Part shown: positions 40,287 to 54,060 of the stretch, piece after piece
How positions within the stretch are numbered: the stretch's first letter is position 1
Layout of the letters: the number at the start of each line of letters is the position of its first letter
Source: Eledone cirrhosa
Taxonomy: Eukaryota
Length of the DNA: 64,000 nt
NCBI GenBank assembly: GCA_964016885.1
Contig: OZ024743.1
Location: 227,230,001 to 227,294,000 of the forward strand
Direction of reading: 5' to 3'
Made by a program: the position numbers and the translations under genes
The notes under the pieces: generated by a model
What the model saw: only the letters and a program-made list of their open reading frames with translations
Databases searched by the model: none
What the model was told of the DNA's origin: nothing

Positions 40287-40791
40287 TAAGTATATATTAC
40301 ACAAAGAGAAATGTGTTACACAATGAGAAGTGTGTAAAGAATTATTACAAGTGATTTTACCGTTACTGTATAGGGAACAATATCTACAGGTTAGCAATTA
40401 AATAGAAAAAAAAACAGATCAGAATCAAATCTCTGGATTGGAATTTTAAATCACAAAACTTATAACTATAATTTGCTGATACGAACCTAGTTTTTCGTTT
40501 CACCACTTATGTGTGTCACCACCTATATGTGTGGTATAACAGTCCACATGGATCATCAGTCAGCAAAATGCGAGACTGAAACCTGCACATCTAACCTTCA
40601 TAGCAAAAGAAATTGCAAAGGTTTGTGATTTAAAATTCCAATCCAGAGATTTGATTCTGATCTGTTTTTTTTCTATTTAATTGCTTACCCGTAGATATTG
40701 TTCCCTATACAGTAACGGTAAAATCACTTGTAATAATTCTTTACACACTTCTCACTGTGTAACACATTTCTCTTTGTGTAATATATACTTA
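40287..40791. repeat. ~170-bp inverted duplication bracketing a hammerhead
   Basis: 40287-40457 vs 40622-40791; the right end abuts (TA)n. Confidence 0.9.
40472..40567 (-). ncRNA. Type I hammerhead ribozyme with canonical core
   Basis: Stem I TTTGCTGA/TCAGCAAA (8 bp), CTGATGA, stem II CCA/TGG with a long insert, GAAA, stem III CGAA/TTCG, triplet GUA. Confidence 0.88.
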
Positions 40792-40961
40792 TATATATAT
40801 ATATTATTCCTACACTAACATCCTTTAATTTATCAACCTCTTATTTTCTGTTTATTTCTTATACAGTTCGATTACTTATGTTGCTGACAGCTAATTCCAT
40901 TTGTACAACTATCTATCTATCTATCCATCTATCTCTGTTACCCCTCTCTGTGTTTTATACA

Positions 40962-41027
<66 letters not shown>

Positions 41028-41091
41028 TGCATGCACAAACACCAACGAATCTATCTATCAATGTAGCTCTATTTATCGCTCTATATATATG

Positions 41092-41139
<48 letters not shown>

Positions 41140-41394
41140 TATGTGTGTGTGTGTGTGCGCACGCTGGCATCTGTATGCATTAATGCATCCTACATAGCTG
41201 TCTGAACTATATCTTTGGAGGCTTAATTATTTCTATATTTTTCAAAGTCTCCCAAACAAATTCCTGACACAACTCAAAGAAAAATCAGAATAGCAAGAAA
41301 ATAAAAGAAAATTAAACAACCTAAACAAATATAGGCGTCAACATATGTAATATATAGAATTTCAAGCTTTTTCCCCCGTATCAGCAACATCATT

Positions 41395-41446
<52 letters not shown>

Positions 41447-41603
41447 CCACCACTATCACGATCATCATCATCATCATTTTCAGCTTCTTTCTTTATCGCC
41501 GAGTTTATCAACTGCTCAATTTTATGTTGCTTGGTTCTAATTGGAAACAATGGTGACTGGCAGTGATGTTATCATACACAGTTGTTTTCTTCACATCATG
41601 AGA

Positions 41604-41653
<50 letters not shown>

Positions 41654-41803
41654 TGTACATATATATATGCATATCTATCTATCTATCTCTATATATACAC
41701 ATATACATATAGATAGATATGTATGTACATATACACGTATGTATATATATATATTGTTGTTAAAGTGCAACATGTTATTGGCAACATGACCCTCCCAAAG
41801 TAT

Positions 41804-41869
<66 letters not shown>

Positions 41870-43139
41870 TCTATATATATATCGGTGCGTGTGGGTGTAT
41901 ATGTGTCTGAGTGAGTGTTTGTGTATATATTTGTGTGTGTGTTTGTGAATGTATGTATCTATGTAAGTAAGCATCCATGTGAAATTGCATCACGTGTGAT
42001 ACAATGCTGCCAAACCTTTTAGTTATCTCACGTCTGCACCTGTCCGAGTAAAACGAAAGAAAGTTTGAATTAATAAATATATTGATACAAATGACCCTTT
42101 TTATGTTTTACTTTCAAAAAATAGTACACGAACTGGTTTTCAGAGCAGAGAAATTGGTAATATTTACTGAGTATATTTTTGATTAAAGTATAGGATAGCT
42201 TGTGGATTTGGAAAACGGGAGGTGGGCAAAGAAGAAATGAAGGGAAAGAAGAAAACAGAGAATGTGTGAGAGTGTGGATGAGAGAAAGAGGGAGGAGAGG
42301 GGATTTATCATAGGGTGGGAGTCAGTAAACATTAGATAGATAGGCAGCTAGCTAGATAGATAGACAGATAGGTAGGTAAGTAGGTAGATAGATAGTAGAT
42401 AGATAGTAGATAGATAAATATATAGTTCGATCGATCGGTAGATAGATAGCTAGTTAGATAGGGAGATAGATAGATAAATAGATAGATATCAAATACATAG
42501 GTAGACTAAACATATATATGCACAGACATGCTATAGATAAAGTTATAAATTGGTTAAGTAATAAATAGATATATACGTGTCTTTTGTTCTTACATGTGAG
42601 GGCATGTGGCCTTGTTTTTGAACTCACGATAATAATTTTATGGGCTTGGTTCTTGGATCGGCTGGCACGTTGCATGCTTCGGTAAAATAAGGTATTGCAT
42701 GTTATTCCTTCTGCATTAAGTTGCAACCGCCAGATTGTATTCGCAATGAAAAGAAGAACGATTTCTTAACTGACAACTACAGAACTTAATGGGTTTTTTT
42801 CTGTAAAGTCTCAACTGACTGCGACTGAAAACGTTGTTTCACTATATTTTGTTACTCCAAATATATTTGAATTTCTATTTAGTTTAAGCGTAAGTGTGTG
42901 ATAAGCTATAGATCAAGGCAGAAATATATATATATATACTTTATAAACTTTGTATATGCATAAACAAGCTACAGTTTGAGTGTGCTAATTAGATAACGTA
43001 CGAGATATTTAATATATAGATGCTCTGAACTTGATAATACTTTTGTGTCTAGTTCATTGAGTTCTTATACATTTTATTTATACATCAAAGATGTCTTGTT
43101 ATCCAAAGAAAATATATATCAACATTATCTCTCTCCCCT

Positions 43140-43243
<104 letters not shown>

Positions 43244-43346
43244 GTGTGTGTGTGAATATATATATATAGAGATAGAGAGAGTGTTGTAGAAAGGGGAAGA
43301 AGACGAGGGATTAATTTGGAGAGGGTGAGAGAGAATGGTAGTGTGA

Positions 43347-43377
<31 letters not shown>

Positions 43378-44679
43378 GATATAGATATTTAGATAGAAAT
43401 TTAAAGTCAAAGTGAGTGCAATAAAGCAATATATTTGAATAATTTGTTTGTTTGAAACAAAAGGTAATTGAAAATGATAGAAAAGTTTCTTGGTCCAGAA
43501 AGATAATCTACATATTGTTAAATTCAAGATAAACTCAGTACCCAGTGACTGCAGTGTAGTTGCTTTGACTCTAATAGGATCGGATCTTAATCATTACAGT
43601 CGTTTGTAGATGATGCTCAGCTTGGTTGCCTACTACAGATGGGTTTATCTGAACAGGTGAAGAAATCGAGCGAAGAAATTGATGTTCATTGGTTCAGATC
43701 AGTAGAGAGCTTATTTGGTAGCAATGCAATTTTAAAAAAAAGAAAAAACAGCACATCCAAGAGCTAGTGCTACTGTAATATGTCTGCTCATCAGATGGTG
43801 AGTCTTCTTTCATGTGCTGTCTAAATTGATTTTTATTCTATGCATTCGAATTGATTATAATGTGTGCTGATAAAATGCTGTCAGTTTCTCGTCAGTTTCT
43901 CGTCAGTTTCTGCCCGGAGACTCCTGTGTCATGAGATACAATAGTTTGGCCTTAAGTTTGTTTTCATCAAGTAGATCTATGACCCAAAACATTCAAACCG
44001 TGGCCATCTTGTCCTATTTTCAGAATTTGCTTCAAACTATTTTATCCAGTTTTTCATGTCTTTAGACATTAGTTTGTAGTTTGTGAGTTAATTGGCTGTT
44101 ATTTCGGCCATCTGTACAGAGGCTTCCAAATTGTTACTGCAGTGTCATAATTGTTTGCTGTACTGAGATCAAATCATACACTCATACGAAACTGAATAAT
44201 AAAGTAGATTCGATTAAGCAATCTTTTTAACGTTTATGAGAGATAGTAGGAGTAGCAGGAAAAATCCCATCGGTATCAACATTTCATTTCACTCCACAGG
44301 TTTCTATAACACTTGTAAGATCTGAGCTAGAGTTGATTTTATCAATCAACATTCTCCTCTACATATCATTGTCCCAACGTTACAAATCCCAATTGTGTTT
44401 AATCTTGAAAATATCGAGAATATTTGACATTCATGCCTTTTCCTCGTTCAATATTTTGAAATGCCTTCGGAAGAATTAAAAGCCGTGTTTTGATATGCAT
44501 CGTTCAGCTCTTAAACCTTACTTCGCAGCAAAAAACACTACTCAATGTTAATTATTTATTAGCATTTCTCTTAAATGTTTTACTGTTTTTCCAATCATTG
44601 GGGAACTATCATAGTACTATTCCTTCATTTCTTCATCTTTCACCAAACATCGTAACTGTGCGTCATACAAATTTATAGT

Positions 44680-45660
44680 AACCTCTTATAAGAGAATGTC
44701 ATATAACCTTATACAGCAGAGTGTAATACAACCATACAATAATATTCCATATCAGAATGTCATACGATCCTATCATAAGATCTTGCATAAGAAGATATCA
44801 TAACAGAGTGCCACATAACCATATAATAAGATACAGTATCAGTGTTATACAAACTTTTAACACGATATCATAACAGAGTGCCATATAACCTTATAATAAG
44901 ATATCATAACAGAGTGTCATAGAACCTTATAATAAGATACAGTGTCAGCGTCATAGAACCTTATAATAAGATACAGTATCAGTGTCATACAACCTTATAA
45001 TAAGGTACTGTACCAAAGACGTCTGACTTGAAAACGACTGAGTGCATTTGAAAAGTCATGCTATAGGCGTGCACATAGAATTAGAGCGATAGCTCGCAGA
45101 ACAAATTAATCTGTCCTGGAAGAGATTAGTGTCAATCGAAAGTTGGGTGAAATAATAACGAAAAGGAAACTTCAATATTTTCGTCATATCACCAGGGCCG
45201 AAAATTTGACTACCCACATCTTTGAGGGACGAATACAAGGGAAAAGGCCCTTGGGCGACAGAAAAGCAGATGGACAGATGATATAAAGGAATGGACAGGA
45301 AGGAGTTTGGCTGAATGTATGACAATGGCAAGAGACAGGAAAAGATGGAGATTGCTGGTCCATAGGTCTATGACCCCCGACCATCAGAAATGAAGATAGG
45401 ATGTGAAGGAAGGATCAAGAACTTTATAGTAAGGTCTCGTAACAGAGTATCATTACAACCGTATAGTAAGGTACAATACCAGAGTCTCATAGCATTTTAT
45501 TGTAAAGAACCGTATCAGTATCATATAAACTTATAGTAAGATCTAATAAAAGAATGTCATATAACCTTATATTAAGATCTCGATCAGATTGGTAGACAAA
45601 CTTATCAATGCCATGCAATCTTATATTAAGGTGGCGGAGGAGAGTCCATATAACCTAGTG
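44680..45660. repeat. Degenerate ~34-bp minisatellite interrupted by an RTE fragment
   Basis: Units like TCATAGAACCTTATAATAAGATACAGTGTCAGCG on both sides of 45008-45410. Confidence 0.7.
45008..45410 (+). pseudogene. RTE-clade LINE ORF 3' fragment
   Basis: RLSAFEKSCYRR...KRKLQYFRHITR...EGRIQGKRP...RWTDDIKEWTG...ARDRKRWR. Confidence 0.8.
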
Positions 45661-46615
45661 GCGGTGGTGGTGACGAAGGGGCTGCTGGTGGTTTTAGTGG
45701 TGGTGGTGGTAGTTGTGGTGGTGGTAGTGGTGGTGGGTGTAATGGTGGTGGTGGTAGTGGTGGTGGTGGTGTTGGTAGTTGTAGTGGTGGTAGTAGTATT
45801 TGTGGTAGTGCTGGTAGTGGTAGTGGTTGTAGTGGTGATAGTGGTGGTGGTTATAGTGGTGGTGGTGGTGGTGGTGGTAGTTGTGGTGGTGGTGGCGGTG
45901 GTATTTGTAATGGAGGTAGTGGTGGTGGGTGTAATGGTGTTGGATGTAGTGGTGGTGGTGCTGTTGGTAGTTGTAGTGGTGGTAGTAGTATTTGTGGTAG
46001 TGCTGGTAGTGGTAGTGGTTGTAGTGGTGATAGTGGTGGTGGTTATAGTGGTGGTGGTGGTGGTGGTAGTTGTGGTGGTGGTAGTTGTAATGGAGGTAGT
46101 GGTGGTGGGTGTAATGGTGTTGGATGTAGTGGTGGTGGTGGTGTTGGTAGTTGTAGTGGTGGTGGTAGTATTTGTGGTAGTGCTGGTAGTGGTAGTGGTG
46201 ATAGTGGTGGTGGTTATAGTGGTGGTAGTTGTAGTGGAGGTTGTGGTAGTGCTGGTAGTGGTGGTGGTTGTAGTGGTGATAGTGGTGGTGGTTATAGTGG
46301 TGGTGGTGGTGATAGTTGTAGTGGTGGTGGTGTTGGTAGTTGTAGTGGTGGTGGTAGTAGTATTTGTGGTAGTGCTGGTAGTGGTAGTGGTTGTAGTGGT
46401 GATAGTGGTGGTGGTTATAGTGGTGGTGGTGGTGATAGTTGTAGTGGTGGTGGTGGTGATAGTTGTGGTGGTGGTGGTGGTTGTAGTGGTGGTGATTGTA
46501 GTGGTGGTGGTTGTAGTGGTGATGATTGTAGTGGTGGTGGTTGTAGTGGTGGTGGTGGTGGTGGTTGTAGTGGTGGTGGTAGTTGTAGTAATGGTGGTGG
46601 TGGTAGTGGTGGTGT
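45655..46615. repeat. (GTG/GTA)n minisatellite with higher-order repeats
   Basis: Seen directly; the poly-V ORF is an artefact. Confidence 0.9.
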
Positions 46616-46914
46616 TATGCCAGGCGACAGAGTCAGATAAGATTGTCTCAAAAAGGAGTCGCTTAAGTAGTTACGTAGAAATAAAATTAATATTTCTTTC
46701 AAGTATGTACATACAATCACTGGAATCAAAACATGACACAGAAACATAGAAACCCATACACACACATATCTACATACACAAGTATACACACACACATACG
46801 TACACACATACACCTGTTCGTAACTGCATCAATATAGCAGTTCCAATGCTGCGTAATCTACAAGTACATTCCTGGACCATTTCATTTCCTTGCCGAAACT
46901 CGTATGTATGTACG

Positions 46915-47100
<186 letters not shown>

Positions 47101-47272
47101 TGTGTGCATGAATGTGTGTGCATGAATGTGTGTACATAACTGTCTGTGTGTTTGTCTTAGGTTAAGTATGTATAGATGGGAATATATATGCATACACAAG
47201 TATATATATATATATATATATATATGTGTTTGTGCATATAAATGTACGAATGTATTTACCCATGTATATACG

Positions 47273-47413
<141 letters not shown>

Positions 47414-47465
47414 ATATATATATATGGATATATATATATATATATATATATATATGGATATATAT

Positions 47466-47540
<75 letters not shown>

Positions 47541-49440
47541 ACATATATATATGCATATATATATGTGTGTATATATAACTAATCAAGTCTGTTAGCCTAA
47601 GGGACATCGTGTTTCAATTTTTAACAGTTGGTTTTAGCTGCGAAGTCATCTCTTGACACAGCAATGATGATATATCCGTATCAGAATTCATTGATTGGGT
47701 GAAATGATGCTTGGCTTGCTGTGCAGATCAATAGAAAATCGATATATCTTAATTCCTTTATTTGATGATGGATCTGTCTCTTATCATGTGTAGAATCATA
47801 AATATCTTATCAAAAATGCATTAGTGGAGCCTATTATACCCGAGGGTCTACTAAGCTTTTATGGTCATCCCTTTTATCTTCTTACACTTAATTTCCTCAC
47901 AAATATTATCAGCTGTATCGAATGGTTAGTAGGGTAACTCCATTGTTTGTTCGTCAACCCAAAACTTTTATTACTCAACACCTATCAGCTGTAAGTCTTC
48001 AACAGTGAGTGACAGAGTGTCTAAAATATGTGTCCTTCACGTAAAGGAATGATGTGTGTATGAGTGTGTGAGCGTTTGTGTATGTGCGAGGTCTGTCTGT
48101 GTATGTGGTGAGTTTGTGTGAGATGTGAGTGGTTGGAATGGACGTGGGTGGAAAGAATGATGTTGGCTGGAATTAATGCAATAAGAAAGAAAAGTATATC
48201 TATTTCTCTTTTTCTATTTCATTCTCTCTATCTGTCTCTTTTTTTCTTTCTTCTTTCATTCTATTTATCTTTTTCTCCCTCTTTCTTTCTCTCTTTTTAA
48301 TGTCTGGTTCAACTCCCATTACACGTATTCATCTTAAATCAGTCGCAATGAGATATGTGTAAACAAGAGCACACAGACATACTGCCTCTATTTCTGGTGC
48401 TTTGAAATGTCCAGCTTTTAGTAACAGTAGCAAAGACAACAGCAGCAGCAGCAGCAGCAACAGCATTAATAGAGTAAAATGTCAACATGGGTAGCAGCAG
48501 CAGCTGTAGCGGCAATACCACTAGCGTCAATGTTAATGTCATCAGCAGCAGGTTAAACAACAACAACAAATACAACACCAACAACCTCAACACATGCGAT
48601 CAGAGGTGCCACATTGTGGTCGCTCAACTAGTTAGAAAGAGAAGCTAAATCTCCCTCAAATCATACACTAAAACTTAAGAAAGAAGGACAGATTGGATAA
48701 TATTGTCTCATATATATTAAAGATGGGATGGTCACAGCTGGAATACCTTTGATCATAGACTTGCTCAATCAAAGCTAACCTTAGCCTAAACAGCGACAAC
48801 AGCAGCAGAAGCAACATATGGGAGAGAAGTAGCAATAACCGCAACAACGTAAACAGCAACGCCAGCGGCAACACCGAGAACATGTTCAACAGTTCAAAAA
48901 GACAACATCGACATGGAGCGTGTTCTGGCTATACCCCTTAACTACATATGTGACTAGATGAAAATATTAAACTCATTCCGGATCAGAGAGAACATCATAA
49001 CTATATGAGGCAATGACATTCCAATTCCCTCAAATATACACCTTCTAGTATTACAAAAAAAAAGAAAGGACTCATTGGATAATGCATCTTTGATATGTTA
49101 TGTTTAAATTCAAGACGAGTTGATTAGAGTTGAAATGCATTTAGTCATAGGATTATCCTAGATGTAAACAACAACAGTGGCAAGAATATCAACATAATCA
49201 AATACAACATCAACATGAGTAATAACGACAACAGCAGATAGTTTAGAGTATGGAAATATTGATGTATGTGTTGTCTTTCACCTATTAGCACTTGGCTTAT
49301 GGGATTAATTCTGGTGTGGGTGACTTGTTGCAGTACACGGCTGACCGGCTGAGCGGAAAAAAATCCATGGTTTTACTTAATTTTCATGAATATATATGTA
49401 TACAATCCTCTATACATACATACATACATGCATACATACA

Positions 49441-49470
<30 letters not shown>

Positions 49471-49471
<1 letters not shown>

Positions 49472-49880
49472 TGTAGTTTGGGACCACACATTGAAAACGT
49501 GTTCTGTTGTGGAGATCAGCTGCCCACTTGATGTAAACGTTGTCAGAAAAATACAGGAGAAGGAGGACATCTACGGACCATTGATGAGGAGCTTACAAAT
49601 CCAGTATCCAAGATACACCTTTAGCTTCATACCCATCATTATTGGTGCTACGGGTTATATACCAACCCGCTTGGACCAAAGTATGACCGAACTTGGATTT
49701 GCGGACAAAAAGCGCAGCTCCCTAATTCATAGTCTACAAATGGCTGCGATAGCTGGCACCTTCAAAATATGCAAAACATTCTTGCGATTCAAGGGATGAC
49801 AATTTCTTTTCTTTTACAACCTTGCCACCAGGAAGGTGGCCGGTCAAAAAAATATACTCGAAATTAAGAGAAAGAGAAAA
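49471..49880 (+). mobile_element. 5'-truncated R4/Dong-type LINE (restriction-like endonuclease end) within (TACA)n
   Basis: Open frame IVVWD...VVEISCPLD...KIQEKEDIY..L...FIPIIIGATG...ICKTFL* (stop at 49799); (CATA)n on both sides. Confidence 0.8.
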
Positions 49881-49940
49881 CATACATACATACATACATA
49901 CATACATACATACATACATACATACATACATACATACATA

Positions 49941-50396
49941 GTGGCTGCCAACTCGTTTTCGAGTACGGCCACTACTTTATATCCATGTAGGAGAACCCCT
50001 ACCGATGCGCTGAACGAATGTGACTTTTTAGTCCAGCCAGCGACTTGAAAACTCTGGTACAAAGACTACACTTGTGACCATTATTGACACATAGTGCAGG
50101 GCCCATGGTACCATGTGATGACAAGTGCAGAGAGATCTCCAGATATAAAGCAATGCCTGTGCTGTGAAGCTTTTATAGTGAGCAAAGGCACTGCACAAAG
50201 CCAGTCCCACTCTCTTAACCAAGATGATATTTACCAAAAAGAAGAACAAGTCAACATCATTGGATACCATCAGGGTTGCAGGTGTTATATCAGAGTTTTC
50301 CTTCTCCTAGAATTCTGCCTTGACAAAGGCTAAGGGGTCATCTCTCCCGGTGATTTTGGATGGCTATTGAGTCTTAAGAGCTCCCTTGCCCTTTGA
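49941..50396 (-). mobile_element. Second, 5'-truncated copy of the bipartite RTE derivative
   Basis: Highly similar to the reverse complement of 27427-27879; flanked by (TACA)n. Confidence 0.8.
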
Positions 50397-50442
50397 TACA
50401 TACATACATACATACATACATACATACATACATACATACATA

Positions 50443-52870
50443 ACAACACTAAGTGAAGAGTCTCCCACATTGGAGATGCAAATCAATACGTGACACAACA
50501 ACGCGTCATGTAACTAGGTTTTCTTGTAGCCAGTCCAACCATCACCAACAAACAAAAGCAATACACAAAAACTTCTTGAAACAACCATGCCGGTGACAAA
50601 TTTAACACAACGTGTCACAACTGACTTTATCTCAACTGATTATATCTCGCAGCTAAGATAACCATCAACATCAAAATACCGTCAATGAGAAGAATTCTAC
50701 AATTAGCTGGGAAAGTGAAAAGTATAAACTTTCCAAACAGATTTATCTGTGTATGAAAGTTTCTCTCAGAAAAATACAAAAAAATAACGACAATATTAAA
50801 CAAGAAACCAAAAAGTAAAATTCTGCCTGCTATCAACGAAATTGGCGATGGATATTTACGACAAATTAGATCCCCTACATTTTGGCAAATTAAAGTCTGT
50901 CTTTATTCCCTAACAGCAACATTTGTATTGTCTTGATGATAATACATGTTAACAGAAATCAAAAAACACCAAATATGCCAACGTATATTTCAAAAGCAGA
51001 AAACAAAATCGCTGACCTGGCAAAAACTATCGGCCATTGGACAATGCTTATAACACGTAAACAATAGCAAAAACAACTAAATTCCTCTCCAGAAAAAGGG
51101 GGGAAATAAAATAGAAACGATGTTTGGGGACAATACAAGCAGACCTCTTCAATACAAGTTGATCACATTTTGTCAGGAATTGAGTGCTGTAAGACAGGAA
51201 CTCCGATATCAGAAGCGAGCGGTTGAAATGAAATTGATAAATATAAGAATCTGCCAAAACCAAACTTCAGCCTAAGAGGATATGGAGGTCAGATCAATAA
51301 ATGTCACTGAGGCTCTATCACAGTAAAACATAGATAACTCTTTATGGAGAGAGATATATAGTGAGGAAAATAAGTTGATAAAGATCCGATGAAACAATTG
51401 CCGGTGCATTACACCAAAAACATACTGCATTAATGATGATATTCCTGAGAGACAAGAGTGACAGGAACACTTCAAGTAAAGAAAGCACCAGAAAGAGACT
51501 TGATAGTCAGCTAATGGTACAAAAAACTGATATTCTATCATATACAAAGCTTTTTTACATTAACAGAAACAATATTGGTCCCCTCAAATATAAAAATCCT
51601 CTTGGCAAACCACTACCGACCTAGTGCATACCAGAAAGTAATATACAAACTGTATATATTGTATACAGCTTGTCTGACCCTATTCCTCCAAGATCACTTT
51701 GACAATAACAAATTCACCAGAGATAAGCAAACAGCTGGGAATAAATGAGTTTGGGTATGTGTTGAACAGCTCCTAATTTGCAAAACCATTATATTAGAGG
51801 TGCGGTGACATAGGAGGTCCTTGATTTCAGTCTCTCTACTTTACTGGAAAGCATTCGATTCTGTTCTTCATTTTTGGATGGTAGTGGCTCTTCCACTTGC
51901 TAAAGTACGACTATCAGATCTATATAGAACCTATCTTCTTCCTGTGCCACTAAACTGAAATTAGATACAGAGGAAAAGGACTATATTAGCACTCAGAAAA
52001 TAGAATATTGCAAGGGTATATTTCTAGGATAGTCTCTGAGTTATGCTGTTTATACTGTCAGTAAACGCTTTATCCTTAATGCTGAGGAAATATAAAGAAC
52101 ATGTTATTGGGTCACAGGAAGCCAGAAAGAAAAGCCTAACACATAGATTCTTTGCGAGTGTCCTGAAACTTTATGTCAATATTAAAAATGGTACGAAGAA
52201 AAAAGAATGACCTGGTTACAACGTCCCCGAAACATATAGGTATGGAATTTGGCTAGAATAAATAATTATGTATGATTGTAAAGAGAGGAAAAATTACAGG
52301 CCAATCTCTATCAATGGCCTGGATGTTTCACCGATATCTGACAAAAACTGCTACAGATACTTATGGTTAGAAGAAAATATATCCTATGAGGGGATTTGTA
52401 ACAAGGAATGAGTAACCAGGGAATATAACATCCAAACAATAAAAATATGGTTATCTGATCTCTTTCCACACAATAAATCTGAGGCCTGTGCTGACACCAA
52501 CAAGTGGACTACTTCACTGGACGCTAGATTTGATCTGACGCTAGATTTGATCCAAAAAGTACAAACCGGCACAGGAAATGTCCATATCAACAGTGACATA
52601 GACTGCCTGTATCTGAAATGTAAACAGGGAGACAGAGGCTTAACATCGATCTAAACAGTATTTGAATGTTGCATCCTATCCTTCGACATCATCTACGAAG
52701 TTAAGCGTAGAAACCCAAGTATAAGTCTTTCTACACGAGGCAGATATTACCACGAAAGTTGGAAAGTAACTGCTTGAGAAATACTCCCTGCATGATAAAC
52801 AAAATCTCACACCCAGGGAAATTGCACAGCAATATCGCAATGAATCCATGGTTGGCTCGGTCTCAGGCAT
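50443..52870 (+). pseudogene. Heavily degenerate R4/Dong-type LINE (N-terminus and RT)
   Basis: Starts at (CATA)n; remnants KGIFLG, THRFFASVLKLY (for THLFFVDDLKLY), GMEFG, LYLKCKQGDRGL. Confidence 0.65.
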
Positions 52871-52879
52871 ACCAAAGTT

Positions 52880-54060
52880 GGCACACGAATCAGTTCCGAT
52901 AGAACAACATTAAAGATGAAGTAGACCATCATAGCAGTTATTGACTGAACAAATATGTCAACAAACGTAGTCGGGCACCATAACATTTCCAGTATATTCA
53001 ACAATCCATTTAGCTTTACCGTGTCCTGTTACATCAAGAGAAACGTAGTAGAGTGAATCACCTTCATAATACAGTTTTCCGTTGTCTGTAGCACAAAGAT
53101 CATATCTTAAGTGACATTGCCAGATATATATTCACTTACAGACCCTGGAACATAGAGGCGTCATACGGGATTCGAAAAATCATTCAACAACTGACTAATG
53201 AATAACATAGCAACAAATAACAAAATACCACGAATATCACCACAGTTTGATTTGGCACTTAGTAATATCGGTACTGCATATATTAAATCTTCTGAAGCTA
53301 GTGATCCATTCCACACATTCATAGTCAATATGATAATAAACTCAGAAATTACATCATTACAATTTTTGCTAACCTCAGATTATTTCCCATCAATTCTTGA
53401 GGTATTTCCTGAATTGATATCTTCAATGGACATTTTGTCTTCTTTGTCGAAAGTAATATATATATCCTTAAAAATATGACCCTGAAAGACGTATTCTATA
53501 GCATTTTCCTCTATTGTGGATGGGATATGAAACGTATCTGTAAAATACTCTGTTCTCCGCATCAATATATTTTCAGTATCGTTGATACAATTGGACGTAT
53601 AATTAAATCCGAGAGGAGCAATTGATGAGTGGGATAGACCAAATATCAGTTTTAACAATTTGTACATTGTTTTGAATACATTTTATCAGACCTCAATTAA
53701 ATGTTTGGAGATCTGCTCGACCAGACCGTATTCTTCATTGTCGCCAATTCTCTTTGCAACACTGATTTATCATGATTCAGTGCTTCTTCTGTTATTAAAC
53801 GCTCTTTCTCAAGGAATTTAGAATCACCAATCTCTTGTGCATTTCAACAATTATACTGATTTTCCATCACATTTATGGTTGATATCTCAAATCTTAAGCT
53901 ATGCTTGATAATTTCGAAATTCTAAATTATTTTCATCGAACCAATCTTTGTGTTCCTAGATCTTAAAATATGTAGACTAGTGAGAGAAGGAAGCTTTTGC
54001 TTGAAATCCTGAACCATCAAGAGGTGGAGTATATGAACTTCACGAGATGATTATTACACA
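52880..54060 (-). pseudogene. Degenerate RTE-clade LINE fragment (EN-RT linker and RT start)
   Basis: ENILMRRTEYF..., SGNTSRIDG, KSNCGDIRGI resemble RTE consensus motifs. Confidence 0.6.

Noticed and set aside
43740-43800. Minus-strand CTGATGA and a plus-strand GTGAGT donor-like site
   Set aside because: No complete ribozyme fold and no supportable coding exon
44680-45000. Regularly spaced ~34-bp repeats as a CRISPR array
   Set aside because: Contiguous degenerate units without unique spacers, eukaryotic context, no cas genes
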